Shown here: piece by piece, positions 27,483-39,195 of the stretch
How the letters are laid out: every line of letters starts with the position of its first letter
How positions within the stretch are numbered: position 1 is the first letter of the stretch
Assembly (NCBI GenBank): GCA_964016885.1
Contig: OZ024745.1
Coordinates: 13,392,001-13,456,000, forward strand
From: Eledone cirrhosa
Taxonomy: Eukaryota
Direction: 5' to 3'
DNA length: 64,000 nt
Notes under the pieces: generated by a model
The model's database searches: none
Told to the model about the DNA's origin: nothing
What the model saw: only the letters and a program-made list of their open reading frames with translations
Made by a program: the position numbers and the translations under genes

Positions 27483-28399
27483 GACAGACTTTAGACATTT
27501 TTTCGTGTTAGTCACCGCTTCATATCTCTTATTTCAGAAACACTAAACAGCAAATAAAAGTGAGTCTCACAAAAGACATATTACACATTGTGAACATCAA
27601 GTAAAGCTTGAGGTTTTCTAGTGAAACACAACCAATCCATTACATTCAAGTTTAGACTTGATAAATGTTGCAGGAAAATTAAAACTGAAACGATTTTGTA
27701 ATATAGAGACGTAACAGAATTATTAGGGAATTAGGGTATCAGCTTTTTACCCTTAAAATGCTGACAAACCTTTTACGATAATAATGGACTAAATGAGAAC
27801 AGTTTGGTCAGCAGTCACTAATGTTTGGACACAGATAAACAATAATAATAAAAGTTTCTTACCAGGTAATGACGAAACTACCTGCATAAACGTTATTCTT
27901 TCTACCTTTGATTTCTATTTTTCCCTCCTTCTCTTTCCTGCCTTCTCTATATCTCTTTCACACTCTTTCTTATCCTGCTTCTCTCTCTCTCTCTCTCTCT
28001 CTCTCTTACCCCCCTCTCCTCTTTACTCTAATACTATTCCTTATACACACTTCTTCACTCTGCTCAATTTATTCTTCACACACGCCACTCCCCCTCTCTA
28101 ACTCCATACACCTTCTCTCCCCGTCACTCCTCTCTCTCTATCCTCTGTCCACCCCTCTCTAACTCCATACACCTTCTCCCCCCGTCACTCCTCTCTATCC
28201 CCCCCCTTCCTTCATATCTCTACCTTCACTCTCCGCAATCCAGTTAACATCTCTTACCTTCACACTTTCCATCTCATATCTCCCTCCTTTTACATTTCTA
28301 CCTCTCACTACCTCCTCTTTCTCTCTTCAATCCTGTTTTTACCTATAACTCCCCTCCCCAGTCCCACTTACCTATAAAGAAACCAATAACAACAACAAC

Positions 28400-28712
28400 A
28401 ATGGCACAAGGCCAGCAATTTGAAGGGCATGGAAAGTAGATTAAATCTACTCCAGTACATTACTGGTACTTTATTTTATCGACCCCGTAAAATTGAAAGG
28501 CAAAGTTAACCTCGGCGGGATTTGAACTCAGAACATAAAGGGATGTAACTATATACCGCAACACATGTTGTCCGACACTCTACCGATTCTGCTAATCCAA
28601 CATCCTGAATAATGGTTTCTGATAGGCACAAGGCCAACAATTGTTTTCTTCGGGGGGGGGGGGGGTTACTGGTGCTTTTTGTTACCGAATCCGTAAGGTG
28701 GGATTTGAACTC
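28400..28712 (-). mobile_element. Two adjacent SINE copies (family of 31349), the second internally deleted
   Basis: ggcacaaggccagcaatt at 28403 and 28625; core and B-box on the minus strand. Confidence 0.8.
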
Positions 28713-28907
28713 TTTGTTTTGTGGAGGGACTCGTATATTAGGAGTTTGTATTTAGGGAAGGGGTCGGGGTGACTGCTGGAGTTATTAGGGGTCTTTGTTT
28801 TCAGGAGGGATTCATTTAATTCTACCCCATCTCCTACATCTAAGTAATCCATTAACACAATATTGAAGTTGTTTGTTATTTCAGCGCCGATGGATATGGT
28901 TGTTGTC

Positions 28908-29830
28908 TAGGGTAAGTTATTACAAATAACAGTTATACAAGGGTGGGTTATTACAAATAACAGTTATACAAGGGTAGCTTATTACAAATAACAGTTATAC
29001 TAGGGTAGGATATTACAAATAACAGTTAAATAGGGTAGGTTATTACAAATAACAGTTATACAAGGGTAGGTTATTACAAATAACAGTTATACAAGGGTAG
29101 GTTATTACAAATAACAGTTATATTAGGGTAGGTTATTAAAAATAACAGTTATACTAGGATAGGGTATTACAAATAACAGTTATACAAGGGTAGGTTATTA
29201 CAAATAACAGTTATACTAGGGTAGGTTATTACAAATAACAGTTATACTAGGTAGTGTATTACAAATAACAGTTATACTAGGGTAGTGTATTACAAATAAC
29301 AGTTATACTAGGTAGTGTATTACAAATAACAGTTATACTATGGTAGGTTATTACAAATAACAGTTATACTGGGGTAGTGTATTACAAATAACAGTTATAC
29401 TAGGGTAATGTATTACAAATAACAGTTACACAAGGTATTACAATAACAGTTATACTAGGGTAGTGTATTACAAATAACAGTTATACTAGGGTAGTGTATT
29501 ACAATAACAGTTATACTAGGTAGTGTATTACAAATAACAGTTATACTAGGGTAAGATATTACAATAACAGTTATAATAGGGGAGTGTATTACAAATAACA
29601 GTTATACTAGGGGAGTGTATTACAATAGCAGTTATACTAGGGTAAGGTATTACAATAACAGTTATAATAGGGGAATGTATCACAAATAACAGTTATAATA
29701 TGAGAGTGTATTACAATAACAGTTATACTAGGTAGTGTATTACAAATAACAGTTATATTAGGTAGTGTATTACAAATAACAGTTATATTAAGGTAGTGTA
29801 TTACAAATAACAGTTATATTAAGGTAGTGT
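28908..29830. repeat. ~31-bp minisatellite, ~30 copies
   Basis: Unit agggtaggttattacaaataacagttatact with 29-31-bp variants. Confidence 0.95.
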
Positions 29831-29949
29831 TCTCATGTTTAGCAATAACTGTAAAACAAAATCCGTTATAAACTTGTATCAACTTGTTTCCTTCAAAATC
29901 AAACCTATGTTGCTATGATTAGACATTTCATAGAAACAAACTGTTGCTT

Positions 29950-31308
29950 GCATGTATGTGTGTCGGTATTTATGTATGTGTATATGTATGTGTGTCTGTA
30001 TCTGTGTATGTGTGTATGAGTACATGTATGTGTGTCTTTATCTGTGTATGTGTGTATGTATGTGTATGTGTGTATGTGTGCCTGTATTTGTGTATTTATG
30101 TATGTGCCTGTGTGTCTGTCTGTGTGTATGTGTGTATGTGTGTATGTGTGTATGTGTGTATGTGTGTCTGTGTATGTGTATGTGTGTCTGTATCTGTGTA
30201 TGTGTGTGTTTATGTATATGTGGATATATGTATATGTGTGTATGTGTTTGTATGTGTACTTGTATGTATTTCCCTGCATTTCTTGATATATATGTGTGTG
30301 TTTGTACGTGTGTGTGCTTGTATGAATTTAGCTGTATCTGTGTGCATCCTTATATGTATGTCTGTGTGTTTGTATGTGTCTGTGTGTGTCTGTATGTGCC
30401 TGTATGTGTCTGTATGTGTCTGTATGTATCTGTATGTATCTGTATGTATATGTGTGTGTCTGTGTGTGTCTGTGTGTGTCTGTGTATGTCTGTGTGTGTC
30501 TGTGTGTGTCTGTATGTATCTGTATCTGTATGTGTATCTGTGTGTGTCTGTGTGTCTGTGTATCTGTGTGTATCTGTGTGTGTCTGTATGTGTCTGTATG
30601 TGTCTGTGTGTATCTGTGTGTGTCTGTATGTGTCTGTGTGTGTGTCTGTGTGTGCCTGTGTGTGTCTGTGTATGTCTGTGTGTCTGTGTGTGCCTGTGTA
30701 TGTCTGTGTGTCTGTGTGTCTGTGTGTGTCTGTGTGTCTGTGTGTCTGTCTGTATCTGTGTGTGTCTGTGTGTCTGTGTGTCTGTGTATGTCTGTGTGTG
30801 TCTGTGTGTGTCTGTGTGTCTGTGTATGTCTGTGTGTGTCTGTGTGTGTCTGTGTGTCTGTGTATGTCTGTGTGTGTCTGTGTGTCTGTGTGTCTGTGTA
30901 TGTCTGTGTGTGTCTGTGTGTGTCTGTGTGTCTGTGTGTCTGTGTGTCTGTGTGTCTGTGTATGTCTGTGTGTGTCTGTGTGTGTCTGTGTGTCTGTGTG
31001 TCTGTGTATGTCTGTGTGTGTCTGTGTGTGTCTGTGTGTGTCTGTGTGTGTCTGTGTGTCTGTGTATGTCTGTGTGTGTCTGTGTGTGTCTGTGTGTCTG
31101 TGTGTCTGTGTGTCTGTGTGTGTCTGTGTGTGTCTGTGTGTGTCTGTGTGTGTCTGTGTGTCTGTGTATGTCTGTGTATGTCTGTGTGTGTCTGTGTGTG
31201 TCTGTGTGTCTGTGTGTCTGTGTGTCTGTGTATGTCTGTGTGTGTCTGTGTGTGTCTGTGTGTGTCTGTGTGTCTGTGTATGTCTGTGTGTGTCTGTGTG
31301 TGTCTGTG
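29950..31308. repeat. Compound (TG)n/(TGTC)/(TGTA) microsatellite
   Basis: Direct reading; source of the CVCVSVCL ORFs. Confidence 0.95.
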
Positions 31309-31348
31309 TTGCTACAAAATAACAAGTTGTAGTATAATGGGATTATTT

Positions 31349-31537
31349 GTGGTGGATTGGCAGTATCGGTAGAGGGTCGGACGCCATGCTTTCCAGCATA
31401 GTTACGTCCCTTTACGATCTGAGTTCAAATCCCGCCGAGGTTGACTTTGCCTTTCATCCTTACTGGGTCGATAAAATAAAGTACCAGTAATCCACTGGGT
31501 AATTGCTGGCCTTGTGCCTAAAGTAGAAACAATTATT
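31349..31537 (+). mobile_element. tRNA-derived SINE, most abundant family in the window (octopus-type by my recollection)
   Basis: tggcagtatcgg (A box), gagttcaaatccc (B box), core gactttgcctttcatcct..ggtcgataaaataaagtaccag, tail gctggccttgtgcctaaa.tagaaac. Confidence 0.88.
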
Positions 31538-31684
31538 TGTTTTTTATAGGTTTACCTGTTTATGTATTTTAATCGATTATATTGATCTGGAATCGAACTG
31601 TTACTGAGTTAGGCACTAATGATATTGATCTCATAAAGCACGAAAGCCCAACTACATACATACGTATGTATGTATGTATGTATG

Positions 31685-31715
<31 letters not shown>

Positions 31716-31786
31716 CTTTGTATGTATGTATGTATGTATGTATGTATGTATGTATGTATGTATGTATGTATGTATGTATATATGTA

Positions 31787-32390
31787 TGTCAGGTCACCAG
31801 TTGGTGCTACTGGTAACATGTATTCCAGTACAACCTGTCTCATGGTTGGGTCGTTGGCGACTAAACTGGCAACCCCACCAAGGTTTCTTGGTGAGGAGGG
31901 TGACTTTGGACATCCTGCAGGACTAAAAACAAAACTTGTCAAAAGGGCAAAGGTGCGCTTAAGAGTCAATGGCCATCCAAAATCACTGGGAGAGATGACC
32001 CCTAGCCTTTGTCAAGGCAGAATTCTAGGAGAAGGAAAACTCTGATATAACACCTGCAACCCTGATGGTATCCAATGATGTTGACTTGTTCTTCTTTTTG
32101 GTAAATATCATCTTGGTTAAGAGAGTGGGACTGGCTTTGTGCAGTGCCTTTGGTCACTATAAAAGCTTCACGGCACAGGCATTGCTTTATATCTGGAGAT
32201 CTCTCTGTACTTGTCGTCACATGGTACCATGGGCCCAGCACTATGTGTCAATAATTGTCACAAGTGTAGTGTTTGTACCAGAGTTTTCAAGTCGCTGGCT
32301 CGACTAAATGTCACACTCGTTCAGCGCATCGGTAGGGGTTCTCCTACATGGATATAAAGCAGTAGCCGTACTTGAAAACGAGTTGGCAGC
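31787..32390 (+). mobile_element. RTE-like LINE 5' UTR or non-autonomous derivative, copy 1
   Basis: Follows (TATG)n; structured 5' block; ctaggagaaggaaaactctga motif resembles RTE-clade 5' UTRs; homologous to 32454-32965. Confidence 0.5.
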
Positions 32391-32453
32391 CACCATGTAT
32401 ATATGTATTATGTATATATGTTTATGTATGTATGTATGTATGTAAGTATGTAT

Positions 32454-32965
32454 GTCGGGTCACTCTTGGGTGCTACTGGTAACATGTAAGCCAGTACAAC
32501 CTGTTGCATGGTCGGGTTGTCGGCGACTAAACCGGCAACCCCACCAAGTTTACTTGGTGAGGAGGGTGACTTTGGACACCCTGTGGGATAAAAACAAAAC
32601 CAGAAATGTGTAAATATGTATATACATGTATGCATGTGTATATATGTATATATGTATATATACATGTATGCATATGTGTGTATATGCGCGGGGACATAGC
32701 AATAATTGGGTTGGACACCCGATCGTGTGGTTAAACCATTAGCAGTGAAGGACCCCTAGCTTTTGTCAGGGCATTCTTCTAGGAGAAGGCAACTCAGGAA
32801 ACTGGGATAACTCCGATATAAAACCTGTGGCTCGGTAGTTACCGATGATGTTGATCTTTTCTTTTTTTCGGATTATAGCTACTGTCGCTCAGTGAGTGGG
32901 ATTGGCTCAGTGCACAGTCTTTCCTCACTTTAAAAAATATCTTCACGCACTGGCATTGCACGATA
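32454..32965 (+). mobile_element. RTE-like LINE 5' UTR or non-autonomous derivative, copy 2 (interrupted by TA/TG microsatellite)
   Basis: Diverged direct repeat of 31787; also preceded by (TATG)n. Confidence 0.5.
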
Positions 32966-33101
32966 GAATTAATTAATAATTATTATTGATGCTATATCGT
33001 TCAATGGCCATACTCGATAACGAGGGGACAGCCATCATATATATATGTATTTGTATATGTATGTATGAATGTACGAATGAATGCGAATGGATCATTTGTA
33101 C

Positions 33102-33156
33102 CTTCCTGTTTCTAGTTTCCAGCCAGAATTCTGTATTCAATACATATAGTCTAATC
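33102..33156 (-). CDS. Candidate 55-nt coding exon (IRLYVLNTEFWLETRNRK)
   Basis: Acceptor ttttccgtgtAG and donor AAG|GTACAA; only one open frame, ending in phase 0. Confidence 0.3.
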
Positions 33157-33194
33157 CTACACGGAAAACTTAAGTGTATCTTACTGCATGAGAT

Positions 33195-33372
33195 CTACAC
33201 AGAACCTAGTCTACACAGAGAAGGTAAATGTATCTTACTACACAGAACCTAGTCTACACAGAGAAGGTAAATGTATCTTACTACACAGAACCTAATCTAC
33301 ACAGAGAAGGTAAATGTATCTTACTACACAGAACCTAGTCTACACAGAGAAGGTAAATGTATCTTACTACAC
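33195..33372. repeat. 43-bp tandem repeat, 4 copies
   Basis: ctacacagaacctagtctacacagagaaggtaaatgtatctta at 33195, 33238, 33281 and 33324. Confidence 0.95.
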
Positions 33373-33934
33373 GAGGCAAATAAAACCACCACAACCAACA
33401 TAAGCAAAACACAGCTGTTGTAAAAATTATACAAGAATGCAACGTGACTATGTTCGGTGCATGTGTGTGTGCAGATTGTGTATATGTAGTGTGTGTGTGC
33501 ATGCAGCTTGTGTATATGCATTAGTGTGTGTGTGTGTGAAACATGTGCCTGTGCAGTAATATGAGTGTAGCATGTTTATATGCTGTGTGTGCCTGTGTCA
33601 CATGTGTGTGTGTGTGTAATATGTTGTTTATGTATGTGTAAGTAGAGTAGTATGTGCGTGTGATGTATGTGTGATATGTGTGCGTGTGATGTGTGTGTGT
33701 GCTGTATGTGTGTGTAGTATGTGTGTGTGGTGTATGTACACGCTATTTATATGTGTACAGTAGTCTATACACTATGAAGTGAGAGCTGACACACAGACAA
33801 GGAATCACACAGAAGAGTATAATTCTAGAAAGAGTTAAGATCCAGTGTTTCAACTAGTGTGACAGTGTTGAACAAAGCCACTAACTACTACACACCACCG
33901 GATATCGAACTCATTACCTCAGCATTATATAAGA

Positions 33935-34345
33935 GGGCGGTGGACTGGCAGTATCGGTAGAGGGTCGGACGCTATGCTTTGCAGCAAAGAGTTACGGCCC
34001 TTTACGGTCTGAGTTCAAATCCCACCGAGGCTAACTTTGCCTTTCATCCTTGCGGGGTCGATAAAACGAAGTACCAGTAATACCCTGGTTCGATTTTATT
34101 GACTTGCCCTTCCTCCCAAAATTGCCGGCATTGAGCCTAAATCAGAAACCATTATACAATAAGAATAGGGCGGTGGATTGGCAGCGTCGGTAGAGTGTCG
34201 GACAACATGCAGCATGAAGATACGGCCTTTTACGTTCAAATCTCGCCGAAGTTAGCTTTGCTTTTCACCTTACTGGGTCAATAAAATAAAGTACTAGTAA
34301 TGCACTGAGGTCGATTTAATCGATTTTCCTCTCCCCACAAAATAT
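33935..34345 (+). mobile_element. Two tandem tRNA-derived SINE copies (33935-34155 and 34168-34345)
   Basis: Both start gggcggtgga.tggcag and carry the B box and core of the 31349 family. Confidence 0.88.
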
Positions 34346-34413
34346 AATATTTAACCATATAATACTATAACATCATATAAGGTCATATTTCTAGCTAGAT
34401 GTCTGTTTGTCTA

Positions 34414-36439
34414 TTAGACTCGTTAGTTTTTAGTAAAGAATTAGCGTTAGATAGAAATAGGACCGAGAAGTAACTGGTAGATAAAGTAGAAGAAGCAATT
34501 AGAAGTGGCAACGTAGTCAGCGTGCTAGCAGCGAGAACGGCCTTGGACCAGTTCTTCGAAGGCAAAGCACGAGGGCTGTACGAGCAGAGCGGCGCGCCGG
34601 GAGGGGCTATGGATTTCGGTCCATATCTCGACGGCCTGCCGCGACTCTCGGACAGCGAGGCGGAGTTCTGCGAAAGGCCAATTTCAGCCGCTGAGATAGG
34701 GGACGCGCTGAGCCAATGCGGCAAAAGCAAATCTCCAGGTCTCGACGGTCTACCCTACGAATTTTACGTAGCAATGCCGGACTTGTTCTCTGTTCTCCTG
34801 GAAGGGGTCTACTGCAACTGGCAGGGATGCCCTCTCTCCTCCCTTCTGTACGTACTGACTCTCGAGCCACTACTGCGGAAGTTGGAGCTATTTCAGGGCA
34901 TCCCTCTGGAACCAAGACTGCGGAAAGCGGCGTCGGCCTACGCCGACGACGTGACAGTAATGGTGTAGATCACCTCGCAAATCGAGGAAGTCGGCACCCT
35001 GAAGGAATACGAAAGGTTCACAGGAGCGAAGCTGAACCGGGACAAGTCCATCGGTTGCAACTCGGATCGTGGAGAGGCAAACCGATGCCTTCCGATGGCG
35101 TCGTCGGACGCTCGACGGAAGGACAAGTGAAGCTGCTCGGTGTCTGGTTCCAGGTGGAGAAGAACTGGAACAAGGAGACGGCCAAGGTGTTTGCACTCAC
35201 CCAGAAGTGGGCCGAGTGCAAACTATCCTTGAAAGGTCGAGCGGAGGTGGCGAACACTTTTATAGCGTCTGTCATCTACTACCACTTGACCGTCGTGTCT
35301 TGTCCAGCCAAAACGCTCACCAAAATGGAGCGCGCGCTCTTCCAATTCCTTGGGAAGAAGCGGGTTCCTTTGGTGAGAAGATACATCTGCTGCCAACATC
35401 CTTCCAACGGAGGGCTAGGGATACCGTGGCTAACGATGCGCAAACACGCTCTCAGGCTGCGGCATCTCCACGTATTCCTCACCGGACAACCGGTATGGGC
35501 CCCGTTCGTGTGGCAAGCCTTCCCACGTCTCGTCTCGCTGACCGAACTGCAGTCCTGGGTCAAGCAAAGACCTAGGAAAATGGGCGACTGGCACTTCGTC
35601 ATTCTATAGAGGGTTGGTCTGCAGCAAGTGCGACGACGCGCTCGGAGAAACTCTAGGCGTGGAACTGGCCAGTCTGTTCGGTAGGACCTTCCGCCCGGGA
35701 CCGATGGACAACTTCCATAAGTCCCTGGCCTGGCAGTACTACCGAGGAGCTCTACCAGTTCGAGACAAGCTCTACAGACACGGGTGCCCGGGCAGGGACC
35801 CTCGAAAAAGATCTGTCCGAGATGTGTGCGAGACGAAGAAACTGTCGCGCACGCATTCGTACACTGCCCGGGCGTTACTGACATGTGGGGCTATGTAGAA
35901 CGACTATTGTCGCGGGTGGGACCAATCCGGTTGTCCACCGAGTCCATCGTCATGATCAAACCGCCACCCTCCTTCAAAAACGAAGGAGAGGCGGTTTTCC
36001 TTTGTGTGATAGCTATAGCGAAAGAGGTTGTATGGTGGACAAGGTTAAAAGGGCTGAGGTCAGACACCTTTCTCTCCGGCCAACAACTGATTCTTTTTTT
36101 CAAATACCACTTTGGAAGAAGAATCAGGATGGAGAGAGAGGTGCTGTAGCCCAGCAAGTTTTATGAAAGGTGGGTGAAAGTGGCGAGAATGGCCCGAGTG
36201 AATGGGCCTTCTCTCTATATCAGCCTGTAGGTTGAGGAAAAAGAGGAAGATGAGGGTTGCACATTTTTGCGGGGGTATGTGTTACCCATATGTAATGTCC
36301 ACCCCCACCCCCCTATTAGGAAAATCGATTAATTTTTAAATTGCATTTGTGATAGTATTTTACACGTTTTTATTGTATGTAAACTTCCCCCTTTGTATTT
36401 GTCCCCTTCTTTTGTGCCCCTGTGGCTAATAAAGAAACA

Positions 36440-36440
<1 letters not shown>
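34414..36440 (+). mobile_element. 5'-truncated, decayed Tx1/L1-clade non-LTR retrotransposon (ORF2 pseudogene)
   Basis: KSPGLDGLPYEFY, QGCPLSSLLYVLTLEPLL, AYADDVTV, VKLLGVWF, LSLKGRAEVAN, GGLG, C-terminal CPRC..ETVAHAFVHC zinc motif; stops and frameshifts; AATAAA at ~36428 followed by (ATCT)n; GC- and CpG-rich relative to flanks. Confidence 0.93.
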
Positions 36441-36485
<45 letters not shown>

Positions 36486-36610
36486 CCTATAATCTACTTA
36501 TCTACCTGTCTATCTGCCTGTCTGTCAAGTGCTAGACGTTGCTCCCATTTACAGTTTACATTCCCCGAAGTATCAATAATGGATGGCTAATTACGAGAGC
36601 GTAGACTTAC

Positions 36611-36683
36611 TTGGTGGAACACATATTAATTGGATAGACTTTGAAAATTCCCAGTCATTTTTCTTGGCGGCTTGGTCGTCTTT
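36611..36683 (-). CDS. Candidate 73-nt coding exon (KDDQAAKKNDWEFSKSIQLICVPP)
   Basis: Acceptor gtgtttacgttAG and donor GTAAGT at 36610; single open frame. Confidence 0.3.
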
Positions 36684-37760
36684 CTAACGTAAACACCGAA
36701 TCGTTTGTCATTCTAGTTTATGTACATTAATTAATCTCCCCATCAACTTGTAATATTGTCCAACACTTCAAATATCTAAATACTATTAACCTCCTTATCG
36801 CCTGATATACAGTTTTACAGTCATTACCGTCTTTGAAGCAATTGGGAGTTCAAGAAATGAAAAGTATTATCAGCTGCATAAGAGTGTGACTAAACTAAAT
36901 CTATAACAGGTTTAATGTCCTTTACGAAACTAAATATGTGGAGAAACACAACTCGAGTGTTAGACTGGTTTAACTAGATCAAGGGCGAATCCTGAAGCAA
37001 ATTTATCCGATTTAACGCAATATATTTAAAAACCGCTTCCATAAAACCTTACAGTTCTAATCTCAATACATAGCTATACTATGTGGACAACTCGGAATTT
37101 TAGAACACTATAGATGTTCACATATAATAAGAGGAGTGCCAGTAAAAAAGAAACACAGAAGTGTTTCAAGTTTCTATAGGAAGGTAGGATAGCTAGTTTC
37201 ACACTACACACCATATGACATTGAGACTCTACATTAACTTTCACAATATATAACTATATACTATATGATATTGAAACTGTATGACCTAGTTTCACACTAC
37301 ATCATATGACATTGAAACTAAACTTCTATAGAAATATTCAACAAAGTTATGACTTTGAATATGGTACATTAATATGTCTGCCATTATTGTTATGACATAG
37401 AATATGGTACATTAATATGTCTGCCATTATTATTTTGACATAGTTTACAATGACCGACTAAAACCAAACTAGCTGATCAATCAGCACGTGGAACTGTAAA
37501 CAAAATGATGACATCATCATCATACTAGTGTTGTTAACATATGTTTAATACAAACGTTGTCACATATTCTTTTAGTAATTCAAGTAAACAAACGACAAAA
37601 TGGTGGCGCTAGTGTAATACTTGAGCTCAGGTTACATATAGTATTGATAATTAAATATTTGTGTAGCCTTGAGATCCTGTTTGGAAATTCCTATATTCCA
37701 ATAATTGTTTCTTTGGATAATCGGAGTTTGACCGTAAATAGAGGTTACTGTATATATAGT

Positions 37761-37905
37761 GGAGGCGCCTGGCCTCGTAGTAAGGATGTTGGACTTACGA
37801 TTATAATGTCGTGTGTAAAACACTACATTTACCATTGCCCCAGTTTACTAAGCTGAACATGAGTACCAGTAATAGCTGGGGGTTTAACCCTGCGATGGAC
37901 TGGCG
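37761..37905 (+). mobile_element. Deleted copy of the 27129 SINE family
   Basis: ggaggcgcctggcctcgtagtaagg head; ends aaccctgcgatggactggcg. Confidence 0.7.
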
Positions 37906-37916
37906 TGAGATGTGTT

Positions 37917-37950
37917 AAATCCCGACCGCGGCGCCAAGCGGTTTCGGATT
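37917..37950 (-). ncRNA. 3' half of a hammerhead motif
   Basis: Minus strand reads aatcc-GAAA-CCGC-ttggcgcc-GCGG-TC-gggattt; the 5' core is absent before the TA tract at 37980. Confidence 0.5.
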
Positions 37951-38143
37951 GTGTGTTCAGCAAGTCTTTTTCAATGGTGTATGTGTATATATATATATGA
38001 TTGTTTAATTTATTAATTCATCATTGAGCCACATCGTGAATGGTTGCCAAAACATATACATCTGTGACTTTGTTTAGTTTGTGTATATGTAAATCTTTAT
38101 ATTTAATAATCTGCATTAGGTTGAGATGCAATTTGGGCAATAT

Positions 38144-38625
38144 TGGGCTGCGCTTTCTAGCAACCAGCCAACTCGCCGTAAGCAACCAATCACATTCTTT
38201 CTGACTTGACCACTGCCACGTCACGATTTTTAGCCATTTTGAATTTGTTTCTGGCGGGGATCATTTTGGAAAATTACTTGTCCTATTAGTTTGTTTCCTG
38301 ACGAGTTCGAAGCTCGAGATTTTATCCTTAATAGGATATCTCAAAATGCGAACGAAACCCAAGGGTAGAGACATAATCATGGTAAGTGTGTACGCATTTC
38401 TTCTAACTATAATTATATACCTAATTGTTTATGGTTGACGGTATATTTAGTCGATTTCCACGTGCTGTTGAAATGTTGGGTAAATATTCTATGGCGATTG
38501 GTCGAAGAGATTGGTGTCGTTTATTTATCTTATATTTCTTCATAGGTGCCTTTTAATCTTATAGCCTGGTCTAATTGATTTTTTATGTGGTTGATTATGC
38601 TAATTGGGAGAGGAAATGGTGTATA
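38144..38625 (+). mobile_element. Penelope-like pseudo-LTR: promoter motifs, hammerhead, ATG and intron
   Basis: CCAAT 38186, CCACGTCACG 38216, TGGCGGG 38252, HHR 38292-373, ATG|GTAAGT 38379-87, acceptor ttcttcatAG 38545; 38144-38303 is repeated at 39704-39863. Confidence 0.65.
38292..38373 (+). ncRNA. Type I hammerhead ribozyme with intact core
   Basis: TGTTTC-CTGACGA(38298-304)-GTTCG...CGAAC-GAAA(38354-57)-CCC-AA-GGG-TA-GAGACA; GUA triplet; extra hairpin in loop II. Confidence 0.88.
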
Positions 38626-38691
38626 TATATATTATCAAATGATTCTATGGACATACTTTATAGTATATATATATATATATATATATATAGC

Positions 38692-38736
38692 AAAGAGTTA
38701 GGACCCCGACGGCTGAGCTCCGGCAGTTTCGACAGA
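38692..38736 (-). ncRNA. 3' half of a hammerhead motif between long TA tracts
   Basis: Minus strand reads ctgtc-GAAA-ctgccggagctcagccG-TC-ggggtcctaactcttt; homologous to 2644 and 7088. Confidence 0.55.
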
Positions 38737-38745
38737 TAGATCCGA

Positions 38746-38891
<146 letters not shown>

Positions 38892-38943
38892 CGAAAGAGT
38901 GAAGAAAAACATGGTCAACAGTACAAAAAGGGTTTTATTTACA

Positions 38944-39052
38944 GTATTAACAATTGTTTCATTGATTAGGGTGTCTAAAGGTTGCTAATCACTTGAAGTT
39001 GTGTCACTCAATTTTAAATACAATGTATGCCTAATCAGATCATCGGAATAAC
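38944..39052 (-). ncRNA. Degenerate minimal hammerhead (U4C) with long loop II
   Basis: Minus strand reads TATT-CCGATGA-tcTGATTAGG...CCTAATCAat-GAAA-CAATTG-TT-AATAc. Confidence 0.55.
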
Positions 39053-39107
39053 AATACAGAGTACTCACAACCTCTAACTGGATTACAAATAACGATAATT
39101 TGTTATC

Positions 39108-39195
<88 letters not shown>

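Noticed and set aside
34395-35884. Antisense ORFs over the LINE
   Set aside because: Shadow ORFs of GC-rich ORF2 sequence.
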